NCBI GenBank assembly: GCA_963783375.1
Contig: CAWANH010000029.1
Span: forward strand, 224,001-288,000
From: Candidatus Eiseniibacteriota bacterium
Lineage (GTDB): Bacteria; Eisenbacteria; RBG-16-71-46; JABDJR01
Direction: 5' to 3'
DNA: 64,000 nucleotides
Below the pieces are notes generated by a model. That model searched no databases. It saw only the letters and a program-made list of their open reading frames with translations, and had not been told where the DNA came from. Numbering within the stretch: the stretch's first letter is position 1; each line of letters opens with the position of its first letter. A program made the position numbers and the translations under genes. Shown here piece by piece: positions 8,535 through 20,629 of this stretch.

Positions 8535-9878
8535 CTACATCCGGTCGATGATGGCCTGCCCGAACTCCGAGGACTTGAGCTCCCGGACGTCCTTCCGGCC
8601 CTCGGCCACCATGAGCCGGGCCAGGTCGTAGGTGACCTGCCCGTCGGCGATCGCCTTCTGCATGCCGGAGAGCACCATCTCCGCCGCTTCGTGCCACCCC
8701 ATGTGGTGGAGCATCATCTCCGCGGAGAGAATCAGGGACCCGGGGTTCACCTTGTCCTGGCCGGTGTACTTGGGGGCGGTCCCGTGGGTGGCCTCGAACA
8801 CCGCGACCTCGTCCCCGATATTGGCGCCCGGTCCGAGGCCCAGGCCGCCCACCAGGGCGATGGCCGCGTCGGAGAGGAAGTCCCCGTTCAGGTTCGGCGT
8901 GGCCAGCACGTCGTACTCGCCGGGACGGGTCTGGATCTGCTGGAAGATGGAGTCGGCGATCCGGTCCTTGACCAGGATCTTCCCCGCGGGCATCTTCCCG
9001 CCGAGCTCGTCCCACAGCTTCTTCTCGGTCACCGTCCGGTCCCCGAACTCCTCCGCCGCCACCTCGTAGCCCCACTTGGCGAAGGAACCCTCGGTGAACT
9101 TCATGATGTTCCCCTTGTGGACCAGGGTCACGGTGGGGAGTTGGTTGTCCACCGCCCACTGGAGAGCCTTCCGCACCAGGCGCTTGGACCCGGTCACCGA
9201 GATCGGCTTCACCCCGATCCCGCTGTCCGGACGGATCTGGCGGCCGGTCTTCTCCTTGATGAGCTGGATGATGGCGGTGGCCACTTCGCCCCCGCGCTCG
9301 AAGTCGTGGCCCGCGTAGACGTCCTCGGTGTTCTCCCGGAAGATCACGAAGTTGACGTTCCTCGCGTACTTGTTGGGGGCGGGCACCCCCTCGAAGTACC
9401 GGATGGGGCGGATGCAGGCGTAGAGGTCCATGGCCTGGCGGAGCCCCACGTTGATGGAGCGGAAGCGTTCGGCCACCCCGTCGGACTTTCCGCAGGCGTC
9501 GCAGGTTTCCCCGTGATACTGCTGATGGGCGCAATGGAGGCAGACGTGGGTCTCCTCGCCGATGGGGGTCGTGAACGGCCCCTTGATGGCCACCTTGAGA
9601 TGCTTGATGACGTCCACCGACTCCTGGGGGAGGACCTCTCCGTAGTGATGGAGACCCTCCAGGCCGCAATAGACCGGGCACCATACGATCTCCCGGTCCC
9701 CGCCGTAGGCCTTCTTCACCGCCGCCTCGACCACCTTCTCGGTGACCGGGAAGATGTCGAGCCCGATGCCGTCGCCCCTGAGTTTTCCGATGATGGGACG
9801 GCTTCCCACGTTGAGATTCCCGTCCTGGACGGTGATGAGATCCCCCTCGGGGATGGTGACTTCCTTGAATGTGGGCAT
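8535..9878 (-). CDS. icd: NADP-dependent isocitrate dehydrogenase with a CxxC-x9-CxxC insertion
   Basis: GDGIG, KGPFTTP, RSIN..LRQAMDLYACIRP, FRENTED, VTLVHKGNIMKFTEG, NLNGD, EATHGTAPKY and VTYDLAR. True ATG at 9878 with SD GGAGAGG; the long upstream ORF extension is spurious. Confidence 0.96.
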   Translation of the reverse strand: MPTFKEVTIPEGDLITVQDGNLNVGSRPIIGKLRGDGIGLDIFPVTEKVVEAAVKKAYGGDREIVWCPVYCGLEGLHHYGEVLPQESVDVIKHLKVAIKGPFTTPIGEETHVCLHCAHQQYHGETCDACGKSDGVAERFRSINVGLRQAMDLYACIRPIRYFEGVPAPNKYARNVNFVIFRENTEDVYAGHDFERGGEVATAIIQLIKEKTGRQIRPDSGIGVKPISVTGSKRLVRKALQWAVDNQLPTVTLVHKGNIMKFTEGSFAKWGYEVAAEEFGDRTVTEKKLWDELGGKMPAGKILVKDRIADSIFQQIQTRPGEYDVLATPNLNGDFLSDAAIALVGGLGLGPGANIGDEVAVFEATHGTAPKYTGQDKVNPGSLILSAEMMLHHMGWHEAAEMVLSGMQKAIADGQVTYDLARLMVAEGRKDVRELKSSEFGQAIIDRM

Positions 9879-10066
9879 GATGATCCTCTCCAGATCGAGT
9901 GGGTTGACGACGCCGGGATCCGAATCCATGCGGATCGACCGGCAAGCCCGGGTGAATCCTCTGCGCCGTGTTCGGACGCCCCTAGTGGAGAACCCGGAAA
10001 GTAAAGACCGATTGAGTGTGCCGGGCCAGGGGAGCCGCGTCAAGCGGCGGAAGCGCCCCATGGCGT

Positions 10067-10081
10067 TGATAATCAATATCC
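10067..10081. promoter_or_regulatory. Fur-family-like 7-1-7 operator between divergent icd and nrnA
   Basis: TGATAAT-C-AATATCC, 2 mismatches to TGATAATnATTATCA. It is an AT-rich island in GC-rich DNA. Confidence 0.4.
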
Positions 10082-10178
10082 TGCGAGGCGGGAGCGCCGG
10101 CGCCCGCCCCACCGGCCCGCCCGGTGAGATCCGGTCGCATTGACCCCGCCGGCCCCTATCGCTAGACTCTTTCGTCCT

Positions 10179-11225
10179 ATGAACGTACCCAACCCATCCT
10201 CTCCCGCGCCGGACTGGGAGGCCATCGCCCGGGCCCTCGACGACCACCACCGGTTCCTCATCACCACCCACGTGAATCCCGACGGGGACGGTCTGGGGGC
10301 GGAGCTGGGTCTCTGGGCCCACCTCCGATCCCGGGGGAAGGACGCCCGGATCCTCAATCCGGATCCGCTCTCCGAGCGGTATGAGTTCCTGGGCGAGGAG
10401 GGGGAGTACGAGGTGTACGACCCGGCCCGCCACGATCCGGCGATCGCGGAGAACGAGGTGGTGATCGTCCTCGACATCTCCCGCTGGGATCGCCTGGGGG
10501 AGCTGGGGGCCCGGCTCCAGGATTCGAAGGCGCTCAAGATCTGCATCGATCACCATCCCTTCGAGGGGAACGGGATGGCCGATCTCTACGCGGTGGACCT
10601 CCAGGCCGCGGCCACCGGCCAGCTGGTCTACGAGATGATCCGCGATCGCGGTCACGCGGTGGACCGGCGAATGGCCACCGGCTTCTACGTCTCGATCCTC
10701 ACCGACACCGGATCCTTCCGCTTCACCAACAGCGACGCCCGGGTGCATCGGGTGGCCGGAGAGCTTCTCGACCGCGGGCTCGATCCGAACGAACTCTACG
10801 AATGCGTGTACGGAAACTCGAGCGTCGCCCGCATCCGTCTCATGGGCCGGGCCCTCGACGGCCTGCGCCTCGAGGCGGAAGGACGGCTCGTCCTGATGGA
10901 GATCCCACGCTCCACCTGGGAGGCGGTGGGGGCGGTCCCCGCGGACACCGAGGGCTTCGTGGACGTGGCCCGTACCGTGCGGGGGAGCGAGGCGGTGGCC
11001 CTGCTCTTCGAGCGCGCGGACGGCATGATCAAGACCAGCCTTCGCTCCCGGGGACGCATGAACGTGAACCGGGTGGCGGCATCGTTCGGGGGGGGAGGGC
11101 ACCGGCTCGCTTCGGGGGCGACGCTTCCGGGCCCCCTCGCCGAGGCCTCGGCGAAGCTGCTTGCCGCGCTCCGGGAGGAGCTGGCGGCCAGCGTCACCCC
11201 GTCCCCCGAAACGAGCCCCCGGTAG
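10179..11225 (+). CDS. nrnA: DHH/DHHA1 bifunctional oligoribonuclease/pAp phosphatase
   Basis: [27 protein letters not shown] and FGGGGH motifs. Confidence 0.9.
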   Translation: MNVPNPSSPAPDWEAIARALDDHHRFLITTHVNPDGDGLGAELGLWAHLRSRGKDARILNPDPLSERYEFLGEEGEYEVYDPARHDPAIAENEVVIVLDISRWDRLGELGARLQDSKALKICIDHHPFEGNGMADLYAVDLQAAATGQLVYEMIRDRGHAVDRRMATGFYVSILTDTGSFRFTNSDARVHRVAGELLDRGLDPNELYECVYGNSSVARIRLMGRALDGLRLEAEGRLVLMEIPRSTWEAVGAVPADTEGFVDVARTVRGSEAVALLFERADGMIKTSLRSRGRMNVNRVAASFGGGGHRLASGATLPGPLAEASAKLLAALREELAASVTPSPETSPR

Positions 11226-11232
11226 AGCCGCG

Positions 11233-12333
11233 ATGAACCAGCGAGACTACTACATGGTCCTGAGCGTGGACCGTGACGCCACCGCGGTGGAGATCAAGAA
11301 GGCCTACCGGGTCCTGGCCATGAAGTACCATCCGGACCGGAACCCCGGCGATGCCGCCGCCGAAGAGCGCTTCAAGGAAGCGGCGGAGGCCTACGAGGTC
11401 CTGAGCGACGCCGAGAAGCGGAGCCTCTACGACCGCTACGGCCATGCCGGGGTGAAGACGGGAGCGGGAGCCGGATTCTCGGGGGTGGAGTTCGATCTCC
11501 AGGACGCGCTCCGTTCCTTCATGCGCGACTTCGGCGACGCCTTCGGCATGGGGATGGGCTCGGCCCGGAGCGCGGGTCACGATCGGGGCGCGGATCGCCA
11601 GATCGCGCTCAACATGACCCTCCACGAGGTCCTGACCGGGGTGAACCGGAAGCTCAAGGTGAAGCGCGCCGTTCCCTGCGACGCGTGCGGGGCCACCGGG
11701 GGCGAGGGGGGATCCGAGCCCGAGGTCTGCGGCCTCTGCAAGGGGAGCGGCCGCGTCCAGCGGGTCCACCGTTCGTTCCTCGGCCAGTTCGTGAACGTGG
11801 GGGTCTGCCCCCAGTGCAACGGTCGGGGGAAGCGCCAGGAAAAACTCTGCCCGGTGTGCCGCGGAGAGGGTCGGGTGACCGGCGACGTCGAGGTCAACGC
11901 GGAGATCCCGCCGGGAGTGAGCACCGGCGACTACCTCAATCTCCGCGGCCAGGGGGATGTCGGTTTCCAGGGAGGTCCTCCGGGCGATCTCCAGGTCCTG
12001 GTCCAGGTCGAGGAGCTGGCCGGCTTCGAGCGCCACGGCCACGACCTCCTGACCGTGCTCCGGGTGGGGCCCGGCCGGGCGGCCCTGGGCGGGAAGATGA
12101 CCGTCCCCACCCTGGAGGGAACCGCCACCCTCGAGGTGCCGGCGGGGATTCAGCACGGAACGCTCCTCCGGTTGAAGGGAAAAGGGCTCCCCCGCCTCCA
12201 CGGGGGATCCCGGGGGAGCCAGCTGGTGCGGGTGGACGTGGTCGTCCCCGAGAAGCTCGACAGGAAGACCCGAAAGCTCTACCAGGAGCTTCTCCAGATG
12301 GAGGACGACGCGGGCGGGGGGAGGTCCTCGTGA
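11233..12333 (+). CDS. dnaJ: Molecular chaperone DnaJ
   Basis: J domain with HPD, G/F region, four CxxCxGxG repeats and the C-terminal domain. Confidence 0.96.
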   Translation: MNQRDYYMVLSVDRDATAVEIKKAYRVLAMKYHPDRNPGDAAAEERFKEAAEAYEVLSDAEKRSLYDRYGHAGVKTGAGAGFSGVEFDLQDALRSFMRDFGDAFGMGMGSARSAGHDRGADRQIALNMTLHEVLTGVNRKLKVKRAVPCDACGATGGEGGSEPEVCGLCKGSGRVQRVHRSFLGQFVNVGVCPQCNGRGKRQEKLCPVCRGEGRVTGDVEVNAEIPPGVSTGDYLNLRGQGDVGFQGGPPGDLQVLVQVEELAGFERHGHDLLTVLRVGPGRAALGGKMTVPTLEGTATLEVPAGIQHGTLLRLKGKGLPRLHGGSRGSQLVRVDVVVPEKLDRKTRKLYQELLQMEDDAGGGRSS

Positions 12334-13127
12334 CCAAGCGCGCCCGGGGGCCCCGGAACCCCGCGTCCCTCGTCGACGAACCCGAGCAGGTGCTCTACGC
12401 CGGGACCGCCCCGCTTCCCGGACACCCGATCCGCCTGGAGGGGAGCGAGGCCGAGCACGCGCGCCGAAGCCTGAGGCTTCGCACCGGCGATCCGGTGAGC
12501 CTGGTGGACGGGCGCGGCGGGCGCTACCACGGCCGCATCGTGAACCTGGACAAGCACGGGCTGGAGGTGGAGGTGGCGGCGACCGAGCGCATACCGGCCT
12601 GGCCCGGACGCGCCCTTTGGCTGGGAGCCGGAGTGCTCCGTTCCACCCGCATGGATTTCATCATCGAAAAGGCGAGCGAGCTGGGGGTGACCCGCATGGT
12701 TCCCCTCCTCCTCAAGCGCTGCGTGGCCCGCCCCGCCGAGGAGGGGGCCAAGCACGAGCGATGGCATCGCCTGGCCGTCGAGTCGCTCAAGCAGAGCAAG
12801 CGGGCGAACCTCCTGGAGCTGGCCCCTCCCTCGAGCCTGGACGAGTTCCTGGCCGGGCTCCCCGCGGGGGCGACGGTCTGGGTGGCCGATCCGTCGGGGG
12901 AGACCCCGACCGAGGCCGCGTCGGCGACGGCGGAGGGCCTGCTGGCCCTGGTGGTGGGGCCCGAGGGGGGCCTCTCCGAAGAAGAGCGGGGGCTCCTGGA
13001 GCGGCACGAGGCCCGGTTCGTGGGCCTGGGAGGGCACCGTCTCCGGGCGGAAACCGCTGTGGTTACGTTACTTGCGGCCGCGCTGAGCGCCCTGGGGGAA
13101 TTCGGGCCGGCCCGACCTCGAATTTGA
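12330..13127 (+). CDS. rsmE: 16S rRNA (uracil1498-N3)-methyltransferase
   Basis: [28 protein letters not shown] and RLRAETA. GTG start overlaps the dnaJ stop (GTGA). Confidence 0.93.
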   Translation: MTKRARGPRNPASLVDEPEQVLYAGTAPLPGHPIRLEGSEAEHARRSLRLRTGDPVSLVDGRGGRYHGRIVNLDKHGLEVEVAATERIPAWPGRALWLGAGVLRSTRMDFIIEKASELGVTRMVPLLLKRCVARPAEEGAKHERWHRLAVESLKQSKRANLLELAPPSSLDEFLAGLPAGATVWVADPSGETPTEAASATAEGLLALVVGPEGGLSEEERGLLERHEARFVGLGGHRLRAETAVVTLLAAALSALGEFGPARPRI

Positions 13128-13152
13128 CATCAAGGGCCTCTTGCGCTACACT
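13124..13152 (+). promoter_or_regulatory. Sigma70 promoter of the rpsU operon
   Basis: TTGACA-17 nt-TACACT. Confidence 0.75.
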
Positions 13153-13332
13153 TTACGGCGCTGTTGGTGTGCCCAACTGGCGCTTTCCCCACTTTATTGT
13201 CCTGATCCAGCCTCACGGCCCGGGATGACGGGGAACGTGTGCCCGTATCCAGAGAACGTGGAACGCGGTCGAAGGGATCGGCCCAGCCACTTTCTCGAAA
13301 ACACTTTCCAAGAGTTAGGGGTGAGAATCTGA

Positions 13333-13530
13333 ATGGCAGGAATCCGTGTGAAGGAAGGCGAATCCTTCGAAGCGGCGCTTCGGCGCTTCAAGAAGAAGTG
13401 TGAGAAGGCGGGGATCCTCAGCGATCTGCGTCGTCACCAGCACTTCGAGAAGCCGAGCGAACGCCGCAAGCGCAAGGTCGCCGCGGCCCGCCGGAAAATG
13501 CTGAAGCAGCAAGCCCAGCAGATGGCTTAG
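13333..13530 (+). CDS. rpsU: 30S ribosomal protein S21
   Basis: [39 protein letters not shown]. Confidence 0.97.
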   Translation: MAGIRVKEGESFEAALRRFKKKCEKAGILSDLRRHQHFEKPSERRKRKVAAARRKMLKQQAQQMA

Positions 13531-13594
13531 CCGGCGGCGCTATCGAATCGACAACACGGTCCCGGAGGAGTTCGGCGCGAGGCGTGGCTCCCCG

Positions 13595-13647
13595 GGAATG
13601 AACGGGGAACGGAGCCCGGCTCACCGAGCGGGGCTCCGTTCGTTCCT
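13595..13647 (+). terminator. Strong hairpin (terminator/attenuator) after rpsU
   Basis: GAACGGAGCCC..GGGCTCCGTTC inverted repeat with only a weak U-tract. Confidence 0.5.
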
Positions 13648-13673
13648 CGGGCGCGGAGCATTTTCCACACTCC

Positions 13674-16118
13674 ATGACGGTCTCCGATTTCGAATCGCCA
13701 CGGTCGTTCACGCGCGCGGGTTTCCCAGAAGACAGCCTCGACCGGCTCGAGTTTCCCCGTCTGATCGAGTTGCTCCGCGGCCTCGCCACCTCCTTCGAGG
13801 GGGATCGGCGGCTGGCCGGGCTCCGGCCCCTTCCCACCCGGGAAGCGGCGGAGTCGGAGTTGGCGCTGGTCGCCGCGCTTCGTAGCCGGAGCGAGGCCGG
13901 GGAAGGACTTCCCGCGGTCGAGGTGGGGGACCTCCGCTCGGTCTTCACGCGCCTCCGCATGACCGGCAGCGTGCTCTCCTCGGAGGAGTTTCTGGAACTG
14001 GCCCCGCTCCTTCGGGCGGTGCGGACGTCGAAGGAACGGTTGGAGTCGGCGCGCGAGGAGTTCCCGGACCTGGCCGCCCTGGGCGATCCGTTGTTGCCGC
14101 TCCCCCAGCTGGAGCGGGCGCTCGAGGCCACGTTCGAGCCCGCCACCGGCGAGGTGAAGGACTCGGCGAGCCCGGAGCTTCGTCGGCTCCGGCGGGAGCG
14201 GGAGACCCGCCGGGAGCGGCTCCGGGCGCGGATGGAGCGGCTGGCGGCCAAGCTCTCGGAGCACGACGCGGGTTCGCTGGTGACGCTCCGCGAGGACCGC
14301 TACGTGCTGGCGGTGCCGCAGATCGCCAAGGCCAAGGTGCCGGGGCTGGTGCAGGACCGCTCGGCGTCCGGGGCGACGTTCTACGTCGAGCCGATGGAGG
14401 TGGTGGAGGACAACAACGCCTTGAAGGAGCTCGAAGCCGAGGAGCGGGCGGAAGTCCGCCGCATCCTGGCCGAGCTCACCCAGCGATTCCGGGTGGAAGA
14501 GGCGTCGCTGGCCGCGGGCTACGAACGGACGGGCGAGCTGGACGCGCTTCGGGCGCGGGCCGCCCTGGCGCGGCGCTGGGGAGGTGAAGCGCCGAAGCTG
14601 AGCGAGGAGCCGCGGCTCCGTTTGGCCGGCGCGCGGCATCCGCTCCTCTTCGAGGCGCGGCGCGCGGCGAGCGATCTCGACCGGGCGCGGGAGGCGGTGG
14701 TGCCCCTGGCGCTGGAACTGGACGAGGAGACCCGGATCCTCCTCATCACCGGACCCAACATGGGCGGGAAGACGGTGGCCCTGAAGGCGGTGGGGCTCAT
14801 GAGCGCCATGGCCCAGGCCGGCTGCCTCATCCCCGCCGATCCGGGGTGCGTTCTGCCCTGGACCGGGCGCTGGGTGGTGAGCCTTGGCGACGAGCAGAGC
14901 CTGGACATGGATTTGAGCACCTTCGCCGCCCACCTGGCCCGGTGGGGCGAGGCCCTGGAGGCGGCGGGTCCACGGACCATGGTGCTCCTGGACGAGCTCG
15001 GATCGGGAACCGACCCCACCGAGGGGGCGGCCCTGGCCCAGAGCGTGCTGGAACGGTTGGGGGAGGCTCGGGCCTTCGGGCTCGTGACCACCCACCTGGG
15101 GGTGTTGAAGGGGTTCGCGGCGGCGGCGGACGGGATCCGAAACGCCTCCATGGCGTTCGATCCCGCCACCCGGCGGCCGACCTACACCCTGGCGGTGGGG
15201 ATCCCGGGGGAGAGCCACGCCCTGGAGATGGCGCTCCGCCTGGGTTTCCCCGAGGAGCGGGTGGCCCGGGCCGAGGCGCTCCTTCCCACCGAGGAGCGCG
15301 ACGTGAAGCGGCTCCTGGCCGAGCTGGGCGCGGAGCGGGAACGGCTTGCCCGGACCCAGGCCGAGGTGGAGGAGCTTCGCCGGGAGGCGGAGCGGCTGCA
15401 CGCGGAACAGAAGGAACGTCTGACCCGTCTTCTGGAGGAGCGGGCCCAGGTGCGGACGAGGGCGGCGCGCCAGGCCCGGGAGATCCTCCGCCGGGCGGAG
15501 GAGACCCTGCGCCAGGCCCAGGTGGAATCCCGGGCCCGGGGGCGTCAGAAGACGGTGGATCGCCGTGAGCTGGCCCGGGAGCAGGCCCGGCTGGCGCGCC
15601 TCGAGACGCCGGCTCGCCCCCGACCGAGGGGCCGGGCCCCGGGAACCGTCCGGGAGGGCGAGCGGTACTGGGCGGACGCGCTGGGACGGGAGGTGGAGGT
15701 GGCCCGGGGCGCGGATGCCACGGGCCGGGTGCTGGTAATACAGGGAAACGTGAAGGTCGAGCTCCCCGCCGCGAGCCTCCGGATCCTGGAGGCGGGCCCC
15801 GGGGCGGCGACCCCGGCCGAGACGCCGGCGGTGATCCGGCGGCCGGTGACCGGAGTTCCGGAAATGGAGTCCGTCCCCATCGAGGTGGACCTCCGGGGGC
15901 TCCGGGTCGACGAGGCCTTGGAGCGGTTGGACCGGGCGCTGGACCGGGCGATGCTGGCCGGGCTCAAGGAGCTTCGGGTGATCCACGGCAAGGGGACCGG
16001 CGCCCTCCGTGAGGCGGTGCGGGAGTTCGCCCGGACCCACGGCGGGGTGGCCTCGGCCCGGATCGCCGACCAGTGGGATGGCGGGACCGGCGCCACGGTG
16101 ATCGAGATGGAGGGTTGA
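13674..16118 (+). CDS. mutS2: Endonuclease MutS2
   Basis: LEF at the N-terminus, SASGATFYVEP, TGPNMGGKT, LSTFAAH, LLDELGSGTDP, TTH and a C-terminal Smr domain (IHGKGTGALR). Confidence 0.95.
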   Translation: MTVSDFESPRSFTRAGFPEDSLDRLEFPRLIELLRGLATSFEGDRRLAGLRPLPTREAAESELALVAALRSRSEAGEGLPAVEVGDLRSVFTRLRMTGSVLSSEEFLELAPLLRAVRTSKERLESAREEFPDLAALGDPLLPLPQLERALEATFEPATGEVKDSASPELRRLRRERETRRERLRARMERLAAKLSEHDAGSLVTLREDRYVLAVPQIAKAKVPGLVQDRSASGATFYVEPMEVVEDNNALKELEAEERAEVRRILAELTQRFRVEEASLAAGYERTGELDALRARAALARRWGGEAPKLSEEPRLRLAGARHPLLFEARRAASDLDRAREAVVPLALELDEETRILLITGPNMGGKTVALKAVGLMSAMAQAGCLIPADPGCVLPWTGRWVVSLGDEQSLDMDLSTFAAHLARWGEALEAAGPRTMVLLDELGSGTDPTEGAALAQSVLERLGEARAFGLVTTHLGVLKGFAAAADGIRNASMAFDPATRRPTYTLAVGIPGESHALEMALRLGFPEERVARAEALLPTEERDVKRLLAELGAERERLARTQAEVEELRREAERLHAEQKERLTRLLEERAQVRTRAARQAREILRRAEETLRQAQVESRARGRQKTVDRRELAREQARLARLETPARPRPRGRAPGTVREGERYWADALGREVEVARGADATGRVLVIQGNVKVELPAASLRILEAGPGAATPAETPAVIRRPVTGVPEMESVPIEVDLRGLRVDEALERLDRALDRAMLAGLKELRVIHGKGTGALREAVREFARTHGGVASARIADQWDGGTGATVIEMEG

Positions 16119-17809
16119 TGCGGTTTCCGCCGGAGCTGATCGAACGGGTGCGCGAGGCCACCGACATCGTATCGGTGGTGGCCGAGCACGTTCAGCTCAA
16201 GCGGGCGGGGCGGACCTGGAAGGCGCTTTGTCCCTTCCACCAGGAGAAGACGCCCTCATTCACTGTGAATCCGGACCGGCAGATCTTCAAGTGCTTCGGT
16301 TGTGGGGAGGGGGGCGACGTCTTCCGCTTCCTGATGGAGTTCGAGAAGTTGAGCTTTCCCGAGGCGGTGGAGTACCTGGCCGGGAGATCGGGGATTCCGC
16401 TACCCGCCCGGGGCTGGACCGGACCGGAGGAGGAGAGCGTCTACCCGCCGCTGGAGTGGACGGCGACGTTCTTCAGGCGGGAGCTCAAGGGACGGGAGGG
16501 GGGTCCGGCGCGCGAGTACCTGGAGCGCCGGGGCCTCGGGGAGACGGTGCAGGAGCGGTTCGGGCTGGGCTGGGCGCCCCCCGGCTGGTCGAACCTCCTG
16601 GCCGCGACCCAGAAACGGTTCACCCCGGCGCTGTTGGAGCGGGCGGGGCTGGTGATCCAGAACGACCGGGGAGGGCACTACGACCGCTTCCGGGGCCGGG
16701 TCATGATCCCCATCCGGTCGGCCCTGGGGCGGACCATCGGGTTCGGGGCGCGCACATTGGGGGACGAAGAGCCGAAGTATCTGAACAGCCCCGAGACCGA
16801 GGTTTTCACCAAGGGCAAGGTCCTGTACGGCCTTTCCGAGGCCAAGGAGTCGCTCAAGCAGGCGGACGAGGCGCTGGTGGTGGAAGGGTACATGGACGCG
16901 CTCACCCTGGCCCAGGCCGGGGTGGAGAACGTGATCGCCTCGTGCGGGACGTCGTTCACCGAGGACCAGGCCCGGGTGGTTCGGCGGTACACGGAGCGGA
17001 TGGTGCTGCTCTTCGACGGGGATGCGGCGGGGATCCGGGCGGCGTGGAAGAGCGCGGCGGTGTTCCTGGGCGCGGGTCTGGAGGTGCGGGTGATCGCGTT
17101 CCCCGACGGCCACGATCCGGACTCCTTCGTGCGGGAGCACGGGCGGGAGGCCCTGGACGCCCTGATCCGTGAGGCCCCGGGGGTGGTGGATTTCGCGCGG
17201 CAGACGCTGTTGGACCGGGTGGAGAAGCGCGAGGACCTGCTGCGGGCGTTCGCCTACCTCGGCTCGCGGATCGACGATGAGATCCGCCGGAGGAACCTCC
17301 TCCAGCAGGCGGCGGAACAGTTCCGGTTCGACGAGGGGACACTGGTGCGGGAAGCGGCGAGGCTCCGCGGCGGGGCCCCGCGGTCCCGGCCCCCGGCGGC
17401 GCCGGCTTCCGCGGAGAAGCCGGACGTGGTGGGGCGGCTCTACGTGGCCCGGCTCCTGGCCGGGGAGACGATGGGGGAGGAGGATCTCCTCCCCGAGGCG
17501 GTATTGCGGGAGGAGCGGCTTCGGCGGCTCTACACCCGGTGGCAGGAGATCAGGCAGGAAGGGGATCCGGCGCCGGCGGGCCGGCTCCTGGCGGAGGAGT
17601 CCACCCGGAACTTCGCCGCCGAGATCCTGGCCGGAGACGACGCGGGGACGGGGACTCCCGATCTTCTCGTGCGGCTCCGGGAGCGGGTGGTTCAAGCCCA
17701 GGGCATGGCGCTCCGGGAGGCCATCCGCAACGCGGAATCACGGGGAGAGCGGGATGAGGTGGATCGCCTCCTGAGGGAGCTTCACACCCTCAAGGGAAGC
17801 GAAAGCTAG
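16118..17809 (+). CDS. dnaG: DNA primase
   Basis: [15 protein letters not shown] zinc finger, [20 protein letters not shown] and FDGDAAG TOPRIM motifs. ATG overlaps the mutS2 stop. Confidence 0.97.
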   Translation: MRFPPELIERVREATDIVSVVAEHVQLKRAGRTWKALCPFHQEKTPSFTVNPDRQIFKCFGCGEGGDVFRFLMEFEKLSFPEAVEYLAGRSGIPLPARGWTGPEEESVYPPLEWTATFFRRELKGREGGPAREYLERRGLGETVQERFGLGWAPPGWSNLLAATQKRFTPALLERAGLVIQNDRGGHYDRFRGRVMIPIRSALGRTIGFGARTLGDEEPKYLNSPETEVFTKGKVLYGLSEAKESLKQADEALVVEGYMDALTLAQAGVENVIASCGTSFTEDQARVVRRYTERMVLLFDGDAAGIRAAWKSAAVFLGAGLEVRVIAFPDGHDPDSFVREHGREALDALIREAPGVVDFARQTLLDRVEKREDLLRAFAYLGSRIDDEIRRRNLLQQAAEQFRFDEGTLVREAARLRGGAPRSRPPAAPASAEKPDVVGRLYVARLLAGETMGEEDLLPEAVLREERLRRLYTRWQEIRQEGDPAPAGRLLAEESTRNFAAEILAGDDAGTGTPDLLVRLRERVVQAQGMALREAIRNAESRGERDEVDRLLRELHTLKGSES

Positions 17810-17868
17810 CGATCTTTCCCGAATGGGTCGGGGCGGCGACGGCCGGGCCCGACAAGGAGGAAGTCGGC

Positions 17869-19650
<1,782 letters not shown>

Positions 19651-19669
19651 GCGGGGGGAGAACCGTTCC

Positions 19670-19700
19670 GGGCCCCGGGAAACCGGGGCCCGTTTGCTTT
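19670..19700 (+). terminator. Rho-independent terminator after rpoD
   Basis: GGGCCCCGG-GAAA-CCGGGGCCC followed by GTTTGCTTT. Confidence 0.75.
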
Positions 19701-19746
19701 CGGAGGCGTCGTCCGGACGCATGCCGCCGACCGGCTCGGCCCCACG

Positions 19747-19776
19747 TTGACAAGCGCCGGAGCCGGGTTGGATAAT
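19747..19776 (+). promoter_or_regulatory. Sigma70 promoter of the Fe/Mn SOD gene
   Basis: TTGACA-18 nt-GATAAT. Confidence 0.6.
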
Positions 19777-19834
19777 TCGATATTGGCCTCAAGCCCATAG
19801 TCACGACGATTATCCAAGCCACAAGGAGTTCATC

Positions 19835-20449
19835 ATGTCGGTCTACAAGTTGCCCGATCTTGCCTATGACTACGGCGAGCTCGAGCCCCACCTCATCGGA
19901 AAGATCGTGGAGCTTCACCACGACAAGCACCACGCCGCCTACGTCAAGGGCGCCAACACCACCCTGGAAAAGCTCCACGACGCCCGGAAGAACGAGGAGT
20001 ACGGGACCATCAACCAGCTCGAAAAGGGGCTGGCTTTCCACGTCTCGGGGCACAAGCTCCACTCCATTCTCTGGACCAACATGAGCCCCAAGGGGGGCGG
20101 CGAGCCCGGCGGCGACGTCAAGACCCAGATCGTGACGGATTTCGAGAGTTTCTCCGCCATGCAGAAGCAATTCAACGCGGCCACCCTCGGGGTCCAGGGC
20201 TCGGGCTGGGGGGTGTTGGCCTGGGAGCCGGTGGCCAAGAAGCTGCTCGTCCACCAGGTCTACGATCACCAGGGGGAGCACGCTCAGGGCACGATTCCCG
20301 TCCTGGTCTGCGACATCTGGGAGCACGCCTTCTATCTCCAGTACGAGAACCGGAAGGCGGAATGGGTCAACGCGTTCTGGAAGCTCATCAACTGGGACGA
20401 CGTGAACCGCCGGCTTAAGGACGCCCAGGGAGCCAAGGCGAGCGACTGA
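19835..20449 (+). CDS. Fe/Mn superoxide dismutase
   Basis: LHHDKHHAAYV, GHKLHSILW, QGSGW and DIWEHAFY. The metal specificity (sodA versus sodB) is not resolved. Confidence 0.96.
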   Translation: MSVYKLPDLAYDYGELEPHLIGKIVELHHDKHHAAYVKGANTTLEKLHDARKNEEYGTINQLEKGLAFHVSGHKLHSILWTNMSPKGGGEPGGDVKTQIVTDFESFSAMQKQFNAATLGVQGSGWGVLAWEPVAKKLLVHQVYDHQGEHAQGTIPVLVCDIWEHAFYLQYENRKAEWVNAFWKLINWDDVNRRLKDAQGAKASD

Positions 20450-20472
20450 GCCCCGGCCGCCGGAGATTGAAT

Positions 20473-20508
20473 CGCGAAAGCCCGTCCGGGAGGACGGGCT
20501 TTTGCGCG
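20473..20508 (+). terminator. Rho-independent terminator after sod
   Basis: AAAGCCCGTCC-GGGA-GGACGGGCTTTT. Confidence 0.8.
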
Positions 20509-20629
20509 TCGAGGTCCGTCCCGCCGGAGCCGTTCGCCGGTCGGGGTTCGGCTGGGGTAGGATCTCGACGTCCGGCCGAGCGCCGGTCGCGCCCCGGGAA
20601 TCGGCCCGGGACCTCGGAAAGGGGGCGTC

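Noticed and set aside
10066-10076. TTGAT-A-ATCAA as an FNR site
   Set aside because: FNR needs TTGAT-N4-ATCAA. The spacing here is 1 nt, so a Fur-like reading fits better.
9879-11102. Apparent 400-aa N-terminal extension of IDH (ORF 8535-11102)
   Set aside because: It overlaps nrnA antisense. IDH homology begins at ATG 9878, which has its own SD.
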